64,000 bases of DNA, taken from assembly GCA_002633005.1 (NCBI GenBank), contig NMRA01000303.1, positions 248,706-312,705 of the forward strand, given 5' to 3'. The stretch comes from Phoronis australis (taxonomy: Eukaryota; Animalia; Phoronida). Shown here one piece after another: positions 38,387-51,899 of this stretch (positions are counted from its first letter, which is position 1; each line of letters starts with the position of its first letter). The notes under the pieces were generated by a model. The model saw only the letters and a list, made by a program, of their open reading frames with translations, did no database searches and was not told the origin of the DNA. Both the position numbers and the translations under genes were made by a program.

Positions 38387-38830
38387 AAAACTATAGATTT
38401 TAACTTAATAACAAAAGAATATATTTCCTGAAAGTAGAAAACCTGTGGTATTGCATCTTTGACTTTGAATCTGATATTAATTTGGTCACGTGACCATGTC
38501 TTTTTAGCAAAGACAAAAGGAACATTGATAGGCAAAATACGGTATCTATAACGTAATCAAATTTAATTCGATATAAATGTTCAAGATGAGATATCAAAAG
38601 CGCTGCTTCAGTTTTCTAAAGTATGATTTTATTTTCGTTTTAAGGAACTTAAAAGATTTTTCAGTCTTAATTTTTGATAACTCCCCTAACTTGTAAAAGA
38701 GGAAGATTTTAAATACAAATCCCAACATCATTTTTGAGAACACTGCATCAATCATAGTATCTGAAAGTTTCAGATAATTCCGATCAGCCAAATTTGGCCG
38801 TTTTTGTAGGGCTCTACATAACCACAATGT
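38387..38830 (+). repeat. Old dispersed repeat family F
   Basis: AAAACT(A/G)TAGATTTTAACT...AAAGTAGAAA...GGTCACGTGACCAT shared with 59549-60005; weaker matches near 46560 and 50636. Confidence 0.55.
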
Positions 38831-39890
38831 TATTGACAAGAGTGCTGATCGATGTGTTGACATCCCCTCTTGTGAAACAGCAGCGGCATGTAGATGTAGA
38901 TATAGATATAGTTAACAAACTATAACCGCTACCTGACATTCTGTTGCTGCTTGGGAAACAATTTACCTATCACACGGTTACCAGCTAGTGTAAAGGAATC
39001 AGCTTTAGCCGGTTTACGCCAGACGTGGGAAGTTGTCATGGTGATAAATGTTTCAGTTAGGAAACAAAAATATCACGTAAAAGCTGAGCTGTTATCAATA
39101 CTTTTAAGTATTATTTGCTATTGTCATCCATTTTTTTCCTTATCGAATTTCATTTTTGCTGAATGACATTGTTTTTTCACCTTACACAAATGTGATGGTG
39201 GTAATACCACGAAATAGATACACGCATTGTGTCTTTATTACCAAACCTCAAATTCACATGTACAGGACTTTTCACGAATGTGCGTTTCACCTGTTTAGTT
39301 GCAGTGAACAAAGGCCTCAGTCAAATTATCTTGGTGCTATTTCCATCATAGTAGAGCATGGAGTCGATTGCTGTGCAAACAGAATGTGGCAAAGATAAAG
39401 TGCAGTGGCATTGGCATGAAGAATACAGCAGCTTCTGCCGAACACGTCTCACACAGTGTTCGACCTTCAGCAAATAAATGTGCTGGCCCACTGGGTCAGT
39501 TACTTGAATATGAGACAACATCCATATACGGCCTATATGTGAATGTTTATTGGTCCCGCCGCAAATCCTCTGGCCCGGGCCACTGTGTACTTCAAACGCT
39601 GGTCTCACACTTTGTTGTCTTCCAGCAAATTGAATCTAACCACATGTCTCTTTCAACGTATCCAGTACCTAACCCTGTATTGCACGCAGATATTCAAATG
39701 ATGTTCGAATGGGTTCATGGAGGATTGATGTTCGTAGGCTGTAAATTTCAACGACCGTCGCACAATAAAATTCTTTGCTCCCTCTTTTCTAATTATGACG
39801 ATGAAGTTTTCAACCAATAATCGAGATTTTTAAATAATTATTTACAAAAAGGCAATTCCAGTCTTGAGTTGTTTTTGTAGTAACCAGTAC

Positions 39891-40732
39891 CTGTAAAAGA
39901 GAAAAGAAAAACCACGATCAAATATACTGTACTGGGGAGCCATTTTGATACATCAGTGTTCTCCACGACTAGTTTTAACCTTTCGCTTCAACAGGTTAGA
40001 TTTTTGTAATGCTAGGACCTCACAAAAATCTAGCCAAAATCACGTGTTCTCATTTAAAATACACAGCAACATCTCACGTAATCCTGCGAAGTCTTGCTTC
40101 ACAGCGAAGTCCTAGCGTTACTGAACTCAGGGCAGGTTTGCCAGTGCTTGAATCAGGTTTAAGTAACCTGCAACATACAGGCTTTTTCGCCCGTAACAAT
40201 TAAGAATGCCTGCCAGGTAGAGTCCAGTTAGATTTTTCTGACAGGCTTAAACTTGAAAACTTTCAGCCATTAAACGAAAGTGTCCAGAGGGATTATGTCA
40301 TTCTGAACCAGTCCAGTGTGGCAAAAGGTTGATCCAGATAAATATTAACACTTGACTTGATGCGGGAAACCCCAAACACTTGAAAATGTCTTTGTTTACA
40401 ATTCAATTTGAACCCAAAATGTAAAAATATGGTGATTGTCTCCTGTATATGACCATAATATTCCACAACAGGACTAATTCCACATCATGACTTAACGCGG
40501 AAATGAGTTATTAAAACGGGAAACGCGAACCTTTTGAACGGTTGACTCTGTGGGCTGGTAGTTGTAAGTTTACGCCGGAAACGTGACTGCATGGGCCTCG
40601 GTTTCACAAAACATGAACAAAAAGTGGAGTTACATGTATGTTTAACAATACACTAAAGACTGAAATAAAGGATGAGATCTTGGCCACTTACCTCTAATAT
40701 AATTAACGGGAAAATAAGCGAGGAACTCTCAC
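39891..40732 (-). other. Candidate intron between a CpG-rich exon and a downstream exon
   Basis: Donor GAG|GTGAGA at 40733/40732; acceptor TTTTCTTTTCTCTTTTACAG|G at 39891/39890. Confidence 0.4.
40006..40135 (+). mobile_element. MITE family C copy
   Basis: GCTAGGACCT...CACGTGTTCTCATTTAAAATACAC...GTCCTAGCGTTACTGAAC. Confidence 0.7.
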
Positions 40733-41942
40733 CTCGTCATCGTAGATTCTTAGTAGGTCTCTCCGTCTGAGAAGAACGCGACCGCAGCCGCCTACGCGGC
40801 GGCGAACAGGTGCGCATAACATATACCGAGGCCGTCCCTTCGCTTTATTCGAATTTCAGAAAATTTTTCAACGTTGACGTGGTTTCTTTGAATTCTCTCA
40901 CCGCCGAATATTGAGCACGCGACCTAGAAGGCGTAAACGGTAAACGCAAGCCGCGGACGAATACCTCATTCGAGAAAGTAGCGCGTACGCCGGATCGACT
41001 GAGGCCACGACTCATTAAGACAAACAAAAAAAAACATGCCGGAGATTTGCGGTCACAGAACCCGGCGCTTTTCCGTCGCGGGAACAATTGGGAAGCAGGC
41101 GTCGGGCGGGGGCGGGTATCTTCGCGGCCGCTCTCGAGTTGTTTCTGTCCGACGGAGTCGAACGGCAGTTGCCCACTCAACATCCGGGTCCGAAATAAGC
41201 GTTTTAATAGATATAGATGTAGAGGAAAACATGTTTGTTAAAGGTACTTTGTCCACTTTCAACAACTTAGAATACATGTTGAGTTTCGACAGTCGAAAGG
41301 TATCACTAAATTATAAACATTTCGTAACTTTTAGCCCTGTTTGTGTTTGACTTATTTTCTTAAAAATTTTAAAAGTTTGTTAAGTACGGCGGCCGTTGAA
41401 TTAGTACTCATAATGCATGAGTCAGCTATCACTCACTACGGCGGCAGTTTTAGGTGGTGGGACATCACCAAAATAAAAATCAAACTAAAAAATTCATATT
41501 AAATTTATTCAAGTTTGAAAACATTTGGAGTTGTGTTGAATGAGCATTGCTTAGGCTTAACTTTCGACTGAACTAACTTACGTTAAATTCGTTTAATGAA
41601 GTTTTTAACTATAATGAAGCGGAAAGAGTACTTTTAACGCCCTTTTGAATTTTGCCCGCGATCACTACAGCAGCGAAAAATATAAACCCCCTAAAAACTC
41701 AAGTAAATATCTTTTAATAAAAAATGGGGACAATTTGAAAATGTATTTATTGCAAATAGAAGAGACGGGGATAGTACGTGGTTGTATGCGTGAATGAGTG
41801 TATGGATGACAGTCTTGTTGTGTTTCCAATTTTCAATCACGACATTTTGAATTTAAAATGGTTGAATGATTGGAAAATATTGACTTTCACCAAGGTCAAT
41901 TTGTTAGTTTGCAGACCCCAGAAATGTGATAATGACCGAGGT

Positions 41943-42106
41943 GAAGACTCGGCGTATAAAATGACTAGCGAGGCGAGTACTCAGCGTATAAAATGACTAG
42001 CGAGGCGAAGACTCAGCGTATAAAATGACTAGCGAGGCGAAGACTCAGCGTATAAAATGACTAACGAGGCGAAGACTCAGCGTATAAAATGACTAGCGAG
42101 GCGAAG
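41943..42106. repeat. 32-bp minisatellite x5 (GAAGACTCAGCGTATAAAATGACTAGCGAGGC)
   Basis: Head-to-tail units with no spacers. Confidence 0.95.
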
Positions 42107-43567
42107 CCAATTTTTGAATAAGTAAGAATGATCTGTCACTTCTTTCTTCCCATCTCCACATATCACTTCTAAGATCACTATTACGAGGGAATAGTTTGTG
42201 ATCGATTTTGAAACGGTAAGCGACTTAAATAAATACTTATTAGTGTTATTCCTAAAAGGGTGGCTCATCGCAGCTTTAAGAGAGTATCCCCGTTAAGTCG
42301 GTGACTTCAGTTTACGAAGTCCAGTTTCATGTTTGTTACAAAGTAAGATGGCTATACGTACTTTGTAACTTTCCACAAGCATTTGGCTTTTCATTGGCTC
42401 AGGGTGTGATATTTCTTGCATATTAGACATTTTCCAACTCAAGAATAGTGTTCGGCAAACTTTGCAAGTGGCACGTCACTTACTGCGGGCAAGTTAGACA
42501 GTCACCAGGTGGCGACACCGTCTCTGTTCAGGCACTTAGAACTGCCAAACAACATTTCGTCAGTTCGGCAAAGAGACAATGTACGAGAAAGAAAAACAGA
42601 AGAAATGAATCGCAGTTACTAAGAGCAGACATTGCTTTTGATGTCCGATGCTACAAGATAATGTCACGCCTTTCTCTTCTGAAAGTACCGCATGTGCACT
42701 GAAATAACCTGGCCGGATCTAATTAAGGTAATACATGCTACTGTTTGCTTTTAAAGTCAACGATAAGAGTGCCTGAAGCTGATGTGAAAGACATTTGACA
42801 CCGACATCATGAATGAACCCATAAAACTGAGTACTTCTTCTTTCTACGAATACGGTGAAACTGTCTTTAGTTAATATGCACTCTACAACTCATTATAAAA
42901 AATGAGAGTTTTCATTAAAAAACGAACACTACCGTCCTGCCTGATTGGTTGGATCGATAACGTAGAACAACCGTACTTTCATTATGCGTTACTTCATAAT
43001 GTATTGACACAATCGTGCCAAATAACGTCGCTTGCTATGCAGAGTCTGGGCATAGAAATTTTTTAACAGTTGGTCGTATTTACTACTTCGGCGTGCCTAA
43101 ACTTGGCCAAGTGCTGAACACACATTCATGCAAAGAAGAGAAATTACCCCAGTATCCCGATCTTTGCATCATGATCGGAGGTGGCCAGAGCTCAGTTCTC
43201 ACAATGGCGTGCGTATGTGGGTTCCATTATTCCCACAATAGCGTGCGTATATGGGCTCCATTATAACCAATTTTGCACTTAAAGATACTATATTCCCTTA
43301 ATTTTTTGTTGTTCAAAAATAATGTCCTTTCAACATGACTTAATTTCTCAAAATATAAATAATTTCATAAACAAATTCCGAAGTTCCAATTTTTAAATTT
43401 GTGGTGGCGCATCCTGTGGTCGCCACAGTTGAATGACATTAAAGTTTACTTTCTAATTACTTGTTAGTAGAAAATTCAAAATACATATGGGGCTGGAATT
43501 TGCGAAATGCAGTGACATCTTTCGACTAATACTTTAAACTGTGTGGAGTTCGATAACGCTGGGAACA

Positions 43568-43716
43568 CACTAAGACCTCAATAGAAAAGCTAGACTTCGC
43601 GAGAGTACTCAAGATCTTGCCGTGTATTTCAAATGGGAACGCAAGACTTCGCGAGAGTACGCAAGATCTTGCCGTGAATTAAAATGGAAACGCCCTATTT
43701 TGGATAGATTTTTCGA
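43568..43716 (-). mobile_element. Diverged MITE family C copy with internal duplication
   Basis: AGACTTCGCGAGAGTAC(T/G)CAAGATCTTGCCGTG twice; similar to 32943-33100. Confidence 0.5.
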
Positions 43717-44937
43717 GCAGGGAGACAACTTCCGAACTCTATCCAGTTGAAAACGAGGGAATCCAAACAAAGGCAAAGATACTATATCATTACCAGAAAT
43801 CCATAAACAACCTATTTGCGCATGCGTGAAAATTCCTCACACGCAGCCCGGCTAATATACACTCAGGCAATTCACAGAAAATGACCTTATACGTGTTGCT
43901 TGTTGACCCGACCTCATTTGCCGATAGCAGATGTCATTCGCATGGCATTAACCAAATTCGTATCAAAGTTTTATGAAAATTGGGCGGAATTTTATATTGT
44001 CCATGTGGTGGTCAAATCTCAATCGCATTTACACGCAAAACATCCATTCAAAGCGCACTGAGGCCCGGGAAGTGCAGTGCTTTGAACGGCCAATGCTTTG
44101 AAGAGGTTGACGGGATTTCAGTTGCCGATAGCGCCTATAGATAGCAGCATAATCAACATTATAAGCATATATATTTTTTGAAATCCACAGAGAAAAAGTG
44201 GTGACCAAAAAGGGTTGAAGAATGATTAATATTCAATTGAGTGTGCATTTGAATTCCACATACTACTCATCAGTGGGTCAAACTAATTCGAAGTTTTTGG
44301 TTAAGTCACTGATAATTTTCATACCAGTGTACTTATAATTGTTTATCTTATATGTACAATTTTGATTATTATGGACGGCGTAGGGCGTTCAGCTGTAAAC
44401 TATCGCTTGAGCCTATGGGAATCGAAGACATACACTTCAAAAGTAAGGAAACCAATGCAACTATTTTCGGAATAATCAAGTTTAGGAGTAATCAAACACT
44501 TGAATTATTTACATTTCAGAGTATTAAAAAGGTTTTGCACCAAATATTATTTTGATTTAGTGTATTGTGGGTGGTTTCAAATTGAAAGGAGTCATCACAA
44601 GTTAAGTGATTGAGAATTTTCTGTTGGATTGGGAAAAAACTAGTCGAGTGGTAGTGCGAGATAAGGCGACGGGTAATAAGGATCGCTTTGACTTCCTTTC
44701 GAGCGGTAACCCTTAATATATTGGCCAGATATGTTCAGAAATATGTTTCGTCTTTCCTTTTTAAGTGAATATCTTTGAACTTGTGGTAATCATGGGCTAC
44801 TAAAATCTTCCTTGAGCTTGGAGTGAGACGCGCGGAGTGTGTGAAGCGCTGACCTATTTTATGCAGAGAACCTGGCGGATAACCTAGTTTACGGATCTGG
44901 TAATGCCCAAGATGGCCGTCTCAGTGTAATTTGCGTA

Positions 44938-46240
44938 GGGTGGCACTGAATAATTAGGCTGCGGCCGCGGCCAATTTGCACTGCCAAAATATAGAAATTT
45001 TGGGGTAGGCCAAGTTTGGGGGCATTTTGTAGGTGGGCATTGCACGTAGGCTCAGTGAATGTGGTTTGTTTGTATTTGTGAACATGCTGTGAATAAAGAA
45101 AGGCCACTTTCTTGGCTGTAGCTGCACTCTTCTTCAAGATGGCGGCCCCCGGCTGCAATTGTGCATTGTTGGGTAGCGACCGAGAAATTGGCTGTGATTT
45201 TAGGTAGCCCTCAAACAAGCAAGAATTGCCAAAAAACTAGTTGGTTGACAGTACTTTTGGACCACATTTTCGGAATCGGAAGGAAATTTGCTTTCAGACT
45301 CTAATGTTGGTTTTAGTCGTGCATCGGCAGGGAAGTGGTGTTTTTCGGGTGAAAAGTGCCGATTTTTGCATTTTTTTGCCCTTATTTTTCTTAGTCTAGC
45401 TTGGTTTTCAATGGGAATGAAATGGTCAAAAATACAAGAAAGAATAAAGTTTCTGTGCTCATCTGCTGGGCTTTTTATGTGAAATAATTGAAAACATGCC
45501 ATTCTTTGCATCCTGTTTTTGACAGAGTGAAGAAAAGGTTACAAATCAAGTGATGTGTGTTTTGCTAGGCAAAACCCAGTGAGAACTGTTCTGTGCCTCC
45601 TAGTGGTAACTATAAAATCTTTGGGTGGCACTGAACAGTATGGCTGCGGCAACGGTCAATTTGCACTCCCAAAATATTATTTTTAGTTAGGTGTTATATG
45701 TAGGCCAAGTGAATGTGGTTTGTTTGTATTTTTGAACAAGCTAAAAGAAAAAGGCCACTTTCTCGGCTGTAACTGCACTCTTCTTCAAGATGGCGGCCCC
45801 CTGTGTGCATTGCTGCGTAGCAACTGAGAAATTGGCCGCGATTTCAGGTACACCTCAATCAAGCCAGATTTGCGTCTAGTTGGTTGACAGTACTTTTGGA
45901 CCCCATTTTTGGAATCTGTAGGAAAATTCCTTTCGAAATCTAATGTCCTTGGCTTAAGTCGAGCATGGACAGGGAAGTGGTGATTTTGGCGTGAAAAGTG
46001 CCGATTTTGCATTTTTGCCCTTATTTTTCTTAGCCTAGCTTGGTTTTCAGTGGGTGTGAAAGGGTAAAAACTACAAGAGATAATAAAGTTTCTGTGCTCA
46101 TCTGTAGGGCTTGTCATGTGAAATGACTCAAAATTTTTCTTTATTTGCATGCAGTTCTTGACAGAGTGAAGAAAGGGTGAAGAGTCCATTGACGTGTGTT
46201 CTGATAGGCAAATCCCTTTGAGAATTGTTCTGTACCTCCT
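44938..46240 (+). repeat. Repeat family D: two diverged ~650-bp units in tandem
   Basis: Units start GGGTGGCACTGAA (~44938 and ~45623) and align through to GAGAA(C/T)TGTTCTGT(G/A)CCTCCT. Confidence 0.85.
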
Positions 46241-48356
46241 TGACAAAGGTTCACAGATCGCTATCGCCGTAAAGCAGTCGTTAATTGTTTTACGACATTT
46301 AGCTAAAATGGTCGGATCACGTGACGGATATGACAAGATCAACAATAACCACTTACTGTATGAACAACAACGCAAATCTTTGTATTGTCAGCACAGGAGT
46401 ACTGGAAATGATTTAAAGCATCAAATCGCCTGCAATCACGTGACAGGATCTTCATCTGGTGAATTACCCTAAGTTCAGTGATATAGTGATACAAGCAGTC
46501 ATATGACTTTCACCAACCACCTGCACGTGTAAATTTATCGACAAGTCGAAACATTTGGTTAAATATCTACAAATCTGTTGAACTCAACTCAATCAGTAAA
46601 AGAATATGTTTCCTGAAAGTGCAGTCTATAGAATTTGATTTTATTACTTAATATCAATTTACCACTAATTGCGTCATGTGTTCGGCACATACTTTAGTAA
46701 AATTTATCACAAAAGGTACACTCATTGCAATACAACAGTGACAAAAACATGATTAAGCTTCCTTTGATGAAATCACAAAAGCCCTGTTAGTTTTCTTAGT
46801 TATCTTTTTGATTTTGTTTTATGCAACGCCTTAATTTTTTTATTAAAATGCTCCAACTATCAATTTTGATATTCCTCATGTAAAAGTGGAGCAGTCTGTG
46901 GTGTGCCCAGTTACAAAGAGAGAATTCACTCATCAACATTTACAGACAGGTGTGCCCACCTATAATCATATTTTACAAGGAAACAAATATATTTATGTGG
47001 GTGTCCCCATTTTTGTCCTTGAAAAGCAAAATTTTACAAGATAAGAAAGTTCAAATTAAATAAGAAGCTGTTTTATGAGATAAGATGTGGCCGAATTTGA
47101 ACGTCTTTCTAACGTTTCGCGAGCCATTTTTTAATTTAAAGCAAAGGGACAGGTTGAGGCCGATTTGGTCACTTTTGGATTAGAACATTAAGAAAAAGCT
47201 GTTTTTATAAGTCAACAAATTTTCATATTCCGAAATGTGCTTTTGTAAAACCAGTTATGCAGTACCAACGGCAATATCGATAACTTAAAATCACGTGCGA
47301 GGAAATTGGTTTCCTAAAGTTTATAGTCAGCCACAGCGCAGAATTGAGCCTACTACCCCAGCGGACGAAATCTAACGCTCTCTGGCTAAGCTTAGCACAC
47401 TCGGTACATGGCTGAGTATTTCAAGATTTTAAGCGTACTCAAGTTGTAAAGTGAACGTTTTTGGACTCAGAAAATTGGCTGACAGGCAACAGCGAGAATT
47501 GTCAATTTGTATCCAAATCGGCGAAAAAGCTCAATGGATTTTGTTTGTTTTATAGTTCTAGTCAAAGCCAATAACTCCAAGAAGTCTATCCTGGCCAACA
47601 ATAACCTCAAAAAGTGTTTCCGACCGTAAACCCGACAATGTCCCTTTTATTTTCACCGATAGCAAGATCTCTACAGGTACGCACACGTACGTTAATTCTT
47701 TGGTGATGGCGGCTGTCGCGCACCCTCTAATCGAGACGCTAACTCCACGATTACTGAACGCGTTAGCTACTATATACTATTAATATTAATGTCATTACTT
47801 TTGCATTTTTACCTCTCATCTTCTTCATCTCAGTATCGATGTCTCTTATTATGTTTTCCTATTACACCCACGTACTGCGTTTGATGTGAAGCGTTCAATT
47901 ACAATCTGACACTTATCGCATCACGATCGCAAACAGCGTAAAGGTTACATCAAACGCCAATACTTCCCAGAAGATGGCACACAAATTAGGCATTTTAAGG
48001 GAAAAATTTCACTGACAGTTCGCGCTGTCATTTAAATAGTTCCCATTGAACCAAACTGAACGAAACTTCCTTCCGGGTCTCTGAGCATGACTTTTTAAAA
48101 CACGTAAAATTTCAGGATTTTTGAGGTTCAAATTATGTGCACCCTTTTGAAATGTACGGAAATCCAAATCATGCAACGCGTTTAAAGCATTTGAAATAAA
48201 TTTCTGTAGAAAGAAGTGTGTCTACAGACATTTAGAACGATAATGACATATTACTCCCAGCGGGTAATATCCTTTCATTGACTGAAGCATATTCATTGCT
48301 TCCAGTCTCAAGAGGTCACTCATGCACAGGCACGCTTATTGCTCAGACCTCTTCAA

Positions 48357-48903
48357 CTCGCTGGCTCCCTACGTGCCTAGCCAGCACGCAGGTATCACGC
48401 AGTAGCACGCGCCTTAGCATTGGTTGATGTAACCTCGGCAGTCATTGGTTAGCTTCACAACAACGTGAAAAAATGGCAGACTATGAATGATTTTTAGCCT
48501 TGTCATGCAAGTGGCGTAGCAGCAACTATTTCGTTTCTGCAGTAATGCCAAATAGCCGCGTGCTTAGAGCACATACATGTACAATAAACACATATCTGGC
48601 CGATTTAACCGGTGTATTATTCATACTGTATGAATACAGGACACCATCGTAAACAAAAGTCATCGACAGTAGAAAGATGCACTCCGAAAAGGCGCAACCA
48701 CAGTTTCAGGGATTCACATTTCCTGAACATAAAATTTAAGCTTCCTACATCAGTCATGCCAGTTTGTTTGCGTAAAGCGCTGCCTGTTGAGTATTCGACC
48801 ATCCAATCAGAAACGCCGGTGGAAAAAATTTCCAGAAAAAAAATAAGTGATACCTGCGTGCTGGCTACCACCTATAGCGGCATGCAGGGAACCAGCGAGA
48901 CCT
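48357..48903 (+). mobile_element. MITE family B, copy 2
   Basis: TCGCTGGCTCCCTACGTGC...GGGAACCAGCGAGACCT; CAAC on both sides. Confidence 0.85.
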
Positions 48904-49432
48904 CAACAACAGGACTCTCTCATACAATGCTCATGTGTTACGACCTTTGCTAGCATTACTCATTGCAGATTCCATGCCTATATCGTTAATGTCTCTGTTG
49001 CGTCTATCATGCTACAAATAGTTTCGAAATGTCAAGATTATATGTAGTTTCATTTCTGTCCTATGAGACCTCAATGTCACTAACAGATTGATTGAGAAAG
49101 AAAAGCATGTGGACAACGGTTAGTAACGAACAACAGCAATGTCAGTCACCTAGAAAGAGTGTGTCAATCTACAGCCTACTTGTACATTCCTATACCTAAT
49201 ATCAATAGAGGCATGCACGTATCTTCCTGTTGAAAGAAACGCATTCCGTTTCGGTCCAAGTAAAGGGTTTATAATAAATTCCATGCAAGCGAATTTAACC
49301 AAAACCTATTATTCCCAAACGGCAGTTTTTAAATTCACAAAATAAACGTTGCTGTATGACTCCAAACTTCACTTTTAAATAACTTAAGTCCGATATATTG
49401 TTATCATAATTCCGAAATCATGACAGTAATAA

Positions 49433-49946
49433 TTCTTTAGCCAACCAGATGTCAGTAATTATGAAACAAAATAATAATTATGACACCAATAAATCAGCCA
49501 ATCAGAGACCATGAATAACGACAATGATAAATTATTTTTACAGTAATCAATCTGCCAACCAGAAGCCAGAAACAATGACAGCAATGAAGTGGCAAGTATT
49601 TATTACAATATAAACCCGCCACTAGTTGGCTTTGAATAATTACAGCAATCAATCATTAATTATTGTTATTATTCTTGTCTTTTGATAGGCTAATTACAGA
49701 AATAAGTATCATTGAACTTGTAAATATTTTCTAATTGGCTGGGAGGAATAAATAGTCGTAATTGTGATTATTACTTATTACTATCATAAATTAATTATAA
49801 CTGTAATAAACACTTATTCAAGTAACAATCTTTATTGCCGTTATGAACATGTATTGCTCTGATTATTCCTGGTTCCTGATTGGCTGATTTATTGCTGTCA
49901 TAATTATTTTTTACTGTCTTTTTATGACTACAGATTGGCTAAAGAA
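49433..49946. repeat. AT-rich foldback with CCAAT-bearing subrepeats
   Basis: TTCTTTAGCCAA / TTGGCTAAAGAA outer pair; 49473-49519 is an imperfect inverse of 49861-49908. Confidence 0.7.
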
Positions 49947-50423
49947 GTATCACTTGTGACAGCTATAAATCCGACTGATGTTGCACTCTGCTAGCAGCAA
50001 CAGGAGAAGTAGCCGATCGCAGTATTCAGACTCTTCTCAACTACCTCACCCAGAACCTAAGTCTCTCACGAGATTTGTGTGGTAATCATGGGCAGTGGAA
50101 ATGTGAACCAGTCAGGCAAGGGTTGCATTCCTGTACACAAGCTTAGGTTTCGTGAGTAGAGCGAGCGCTATCACAACCTTCACTAGTATTGCGTGGCGCT
50201 ATATCGCTAAGCCTTACATGATTTTGCGTTTTCGCCACCTTGTTAGTCAGGGTAGTCAGTGTCACGTGAATAATGGGCTTTGATGGTGTCGCCATCTTAA
50301 GTCTTAAATAATCCCACGTGACTGACTTTGATAAAGCGTAAACAAATTAGATCAGCAGTGTGTGAAATAACGGTGTGAATGATGAAGAACTTTGTCAAAA
50401 ACGTTGACAATATCGTTACAAAA

Positions 50424-50528
50424 CAGGGGCAGATCCAGGATTTTGAGATCGAGCTCAGGGGAGCAGGGCAGAGTATTAGCCAGGATTTTCCTCGTCAGAC
50501 ACATGGCTCCCCCCTAAATCCGCCACTT
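50424..50528 (+). mobile_element. MITE family A, internally deleted, perfect 5-bp TSD (CAAAA)
   Basis: CAAAA|CAGGGGCAGATCCAGG...TAAATCCGCCACTT|CAAAA. Confidence 0.8.
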
Positions 50529-51299
50529 CAAAAACCGACGAATTCGGATGGAGTATCTAAAAATATTTCAACACAGTGACTAAGGTTATGTGTGGCCTAA
50601 GCTTTCGATAAGTCCTTGTGTTTAAACAAATGTCTGCTAAGAGTAGATTTTAATTCAGTAAAAGTATACATGTTCCGAAACTAGTCCAGACAGCCTGCAG
50701 AAATCAGTTTGTGACTTTATAACGCTCTATAATCGATTAGGTTGCGTGTACATGTCTTTCTAGTAAAATTTAACAAAAATGTACATTCATAGCAAAGCAA
50801 CGATATCGATAGCATGACCAAAATTTCGTTTGGTATAGCTGTTCGAGATGAAATCTCAGAAACGCTTTCGCATTCTCTAATTCATCGTTTCGTTTTCGTT
50901 TCATGCAACGTTTTCATTTTTGATAAAAATCATAAAACTCCTATTTTGATAGCCCGTCATGCCAAAGGGGAATATTTTAAAAACACATTCAAACATCGTT
51001 TGAAGAACAGTCACTACATGCAGCATAGTATCTGTAAGTTTCTGAGATATAATGCTCCGAAGTTTGCGAAATTTGGACATTTTTCTAGAGTCCTACAGAA
51101 CCTTAAATATTGCATCTCTCATAATGTAGGTCTTAACAGAACCCCAAGCACGGTCCCACTAACAAAAATTTGCAAGTCGCGCAATAGCCCACGGGCAGCG
51201 AGGATATTTCAATGCTTTTGCTTACGTTTGCGCCGGCAAATTCACCATATCAGTTTATTCTGATCCAGATTTGATGATTGATTGCGTACAGCAAGGCGT

Positions 51300-51899
51300 A
51301 GTCTCGCTGGTTCCCTGCGTGCTGCTAGGTGGGGGCGGTAGCCGCGCCAGCACGCAGGTATCACGTAATTTTCATCGGTAATTTTTTTACACCGGCGTTT
51401 CTGATTGGCTAGTCGAATTCTCAACAAGCAGCGCTTTACGCAAACAAACTGGCATGACTGATGAACTGAAGTGTAAATGTGGTCTGTTGTACAGACAAAT
51501 CGGTGATTAAAATTTATGTTCAGGAAATGTGAAGCCAAGAAATTGTGATTGCGCCTTTTCTTAATGCATCTTTCTACTGTCGATGACTTTTGTTTACGAT
51601 AGTGTCCTGTATTCATACAGTATGAATAACAAACCGGCTAAATCGACCAGATATGTGTTTATTGTACATGTATGTGCTTCAAGCACGCGGCTATTAAACA
51701 GATCACTGCAGAAACGAAATAGTTGCTGCGACGCCGCTTGCATGACAAGGCTAAAAATCGTTCACAGTCCGCCATTTTTTCACGGTGTTGTAAAGCTAAC
51801 CAATGACTGCTGAGGTTACATCGACCAATGCTAAAGCGCGTGCCACTGCGTAATACCTGCATGCTGGCTGGGCTAAGCATGCAGGGAACCAGCGAGAAT
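51300..51899 (-). mobile_element. MITE family B, copy 3 (inverted), TSD GCGT
   Basis: GCGT|AGTCTCGCTGG...CCAGCGAGAAT|GCGT; body is the reverse complement of the other copies. Confidence 0.9.

Noticed and set aside
41943-42106. 32-bp repeats of CRISPR-like length
   Set aside because: Units abut with no unique spacers, no cas genes, eukaryotic context: a minisatellite.
45785-46375. 196-aa ORF
   Set aside because: Lies mostly in a repeat D unit; the neighbouring unit does not keep the frame; no domain recognised.
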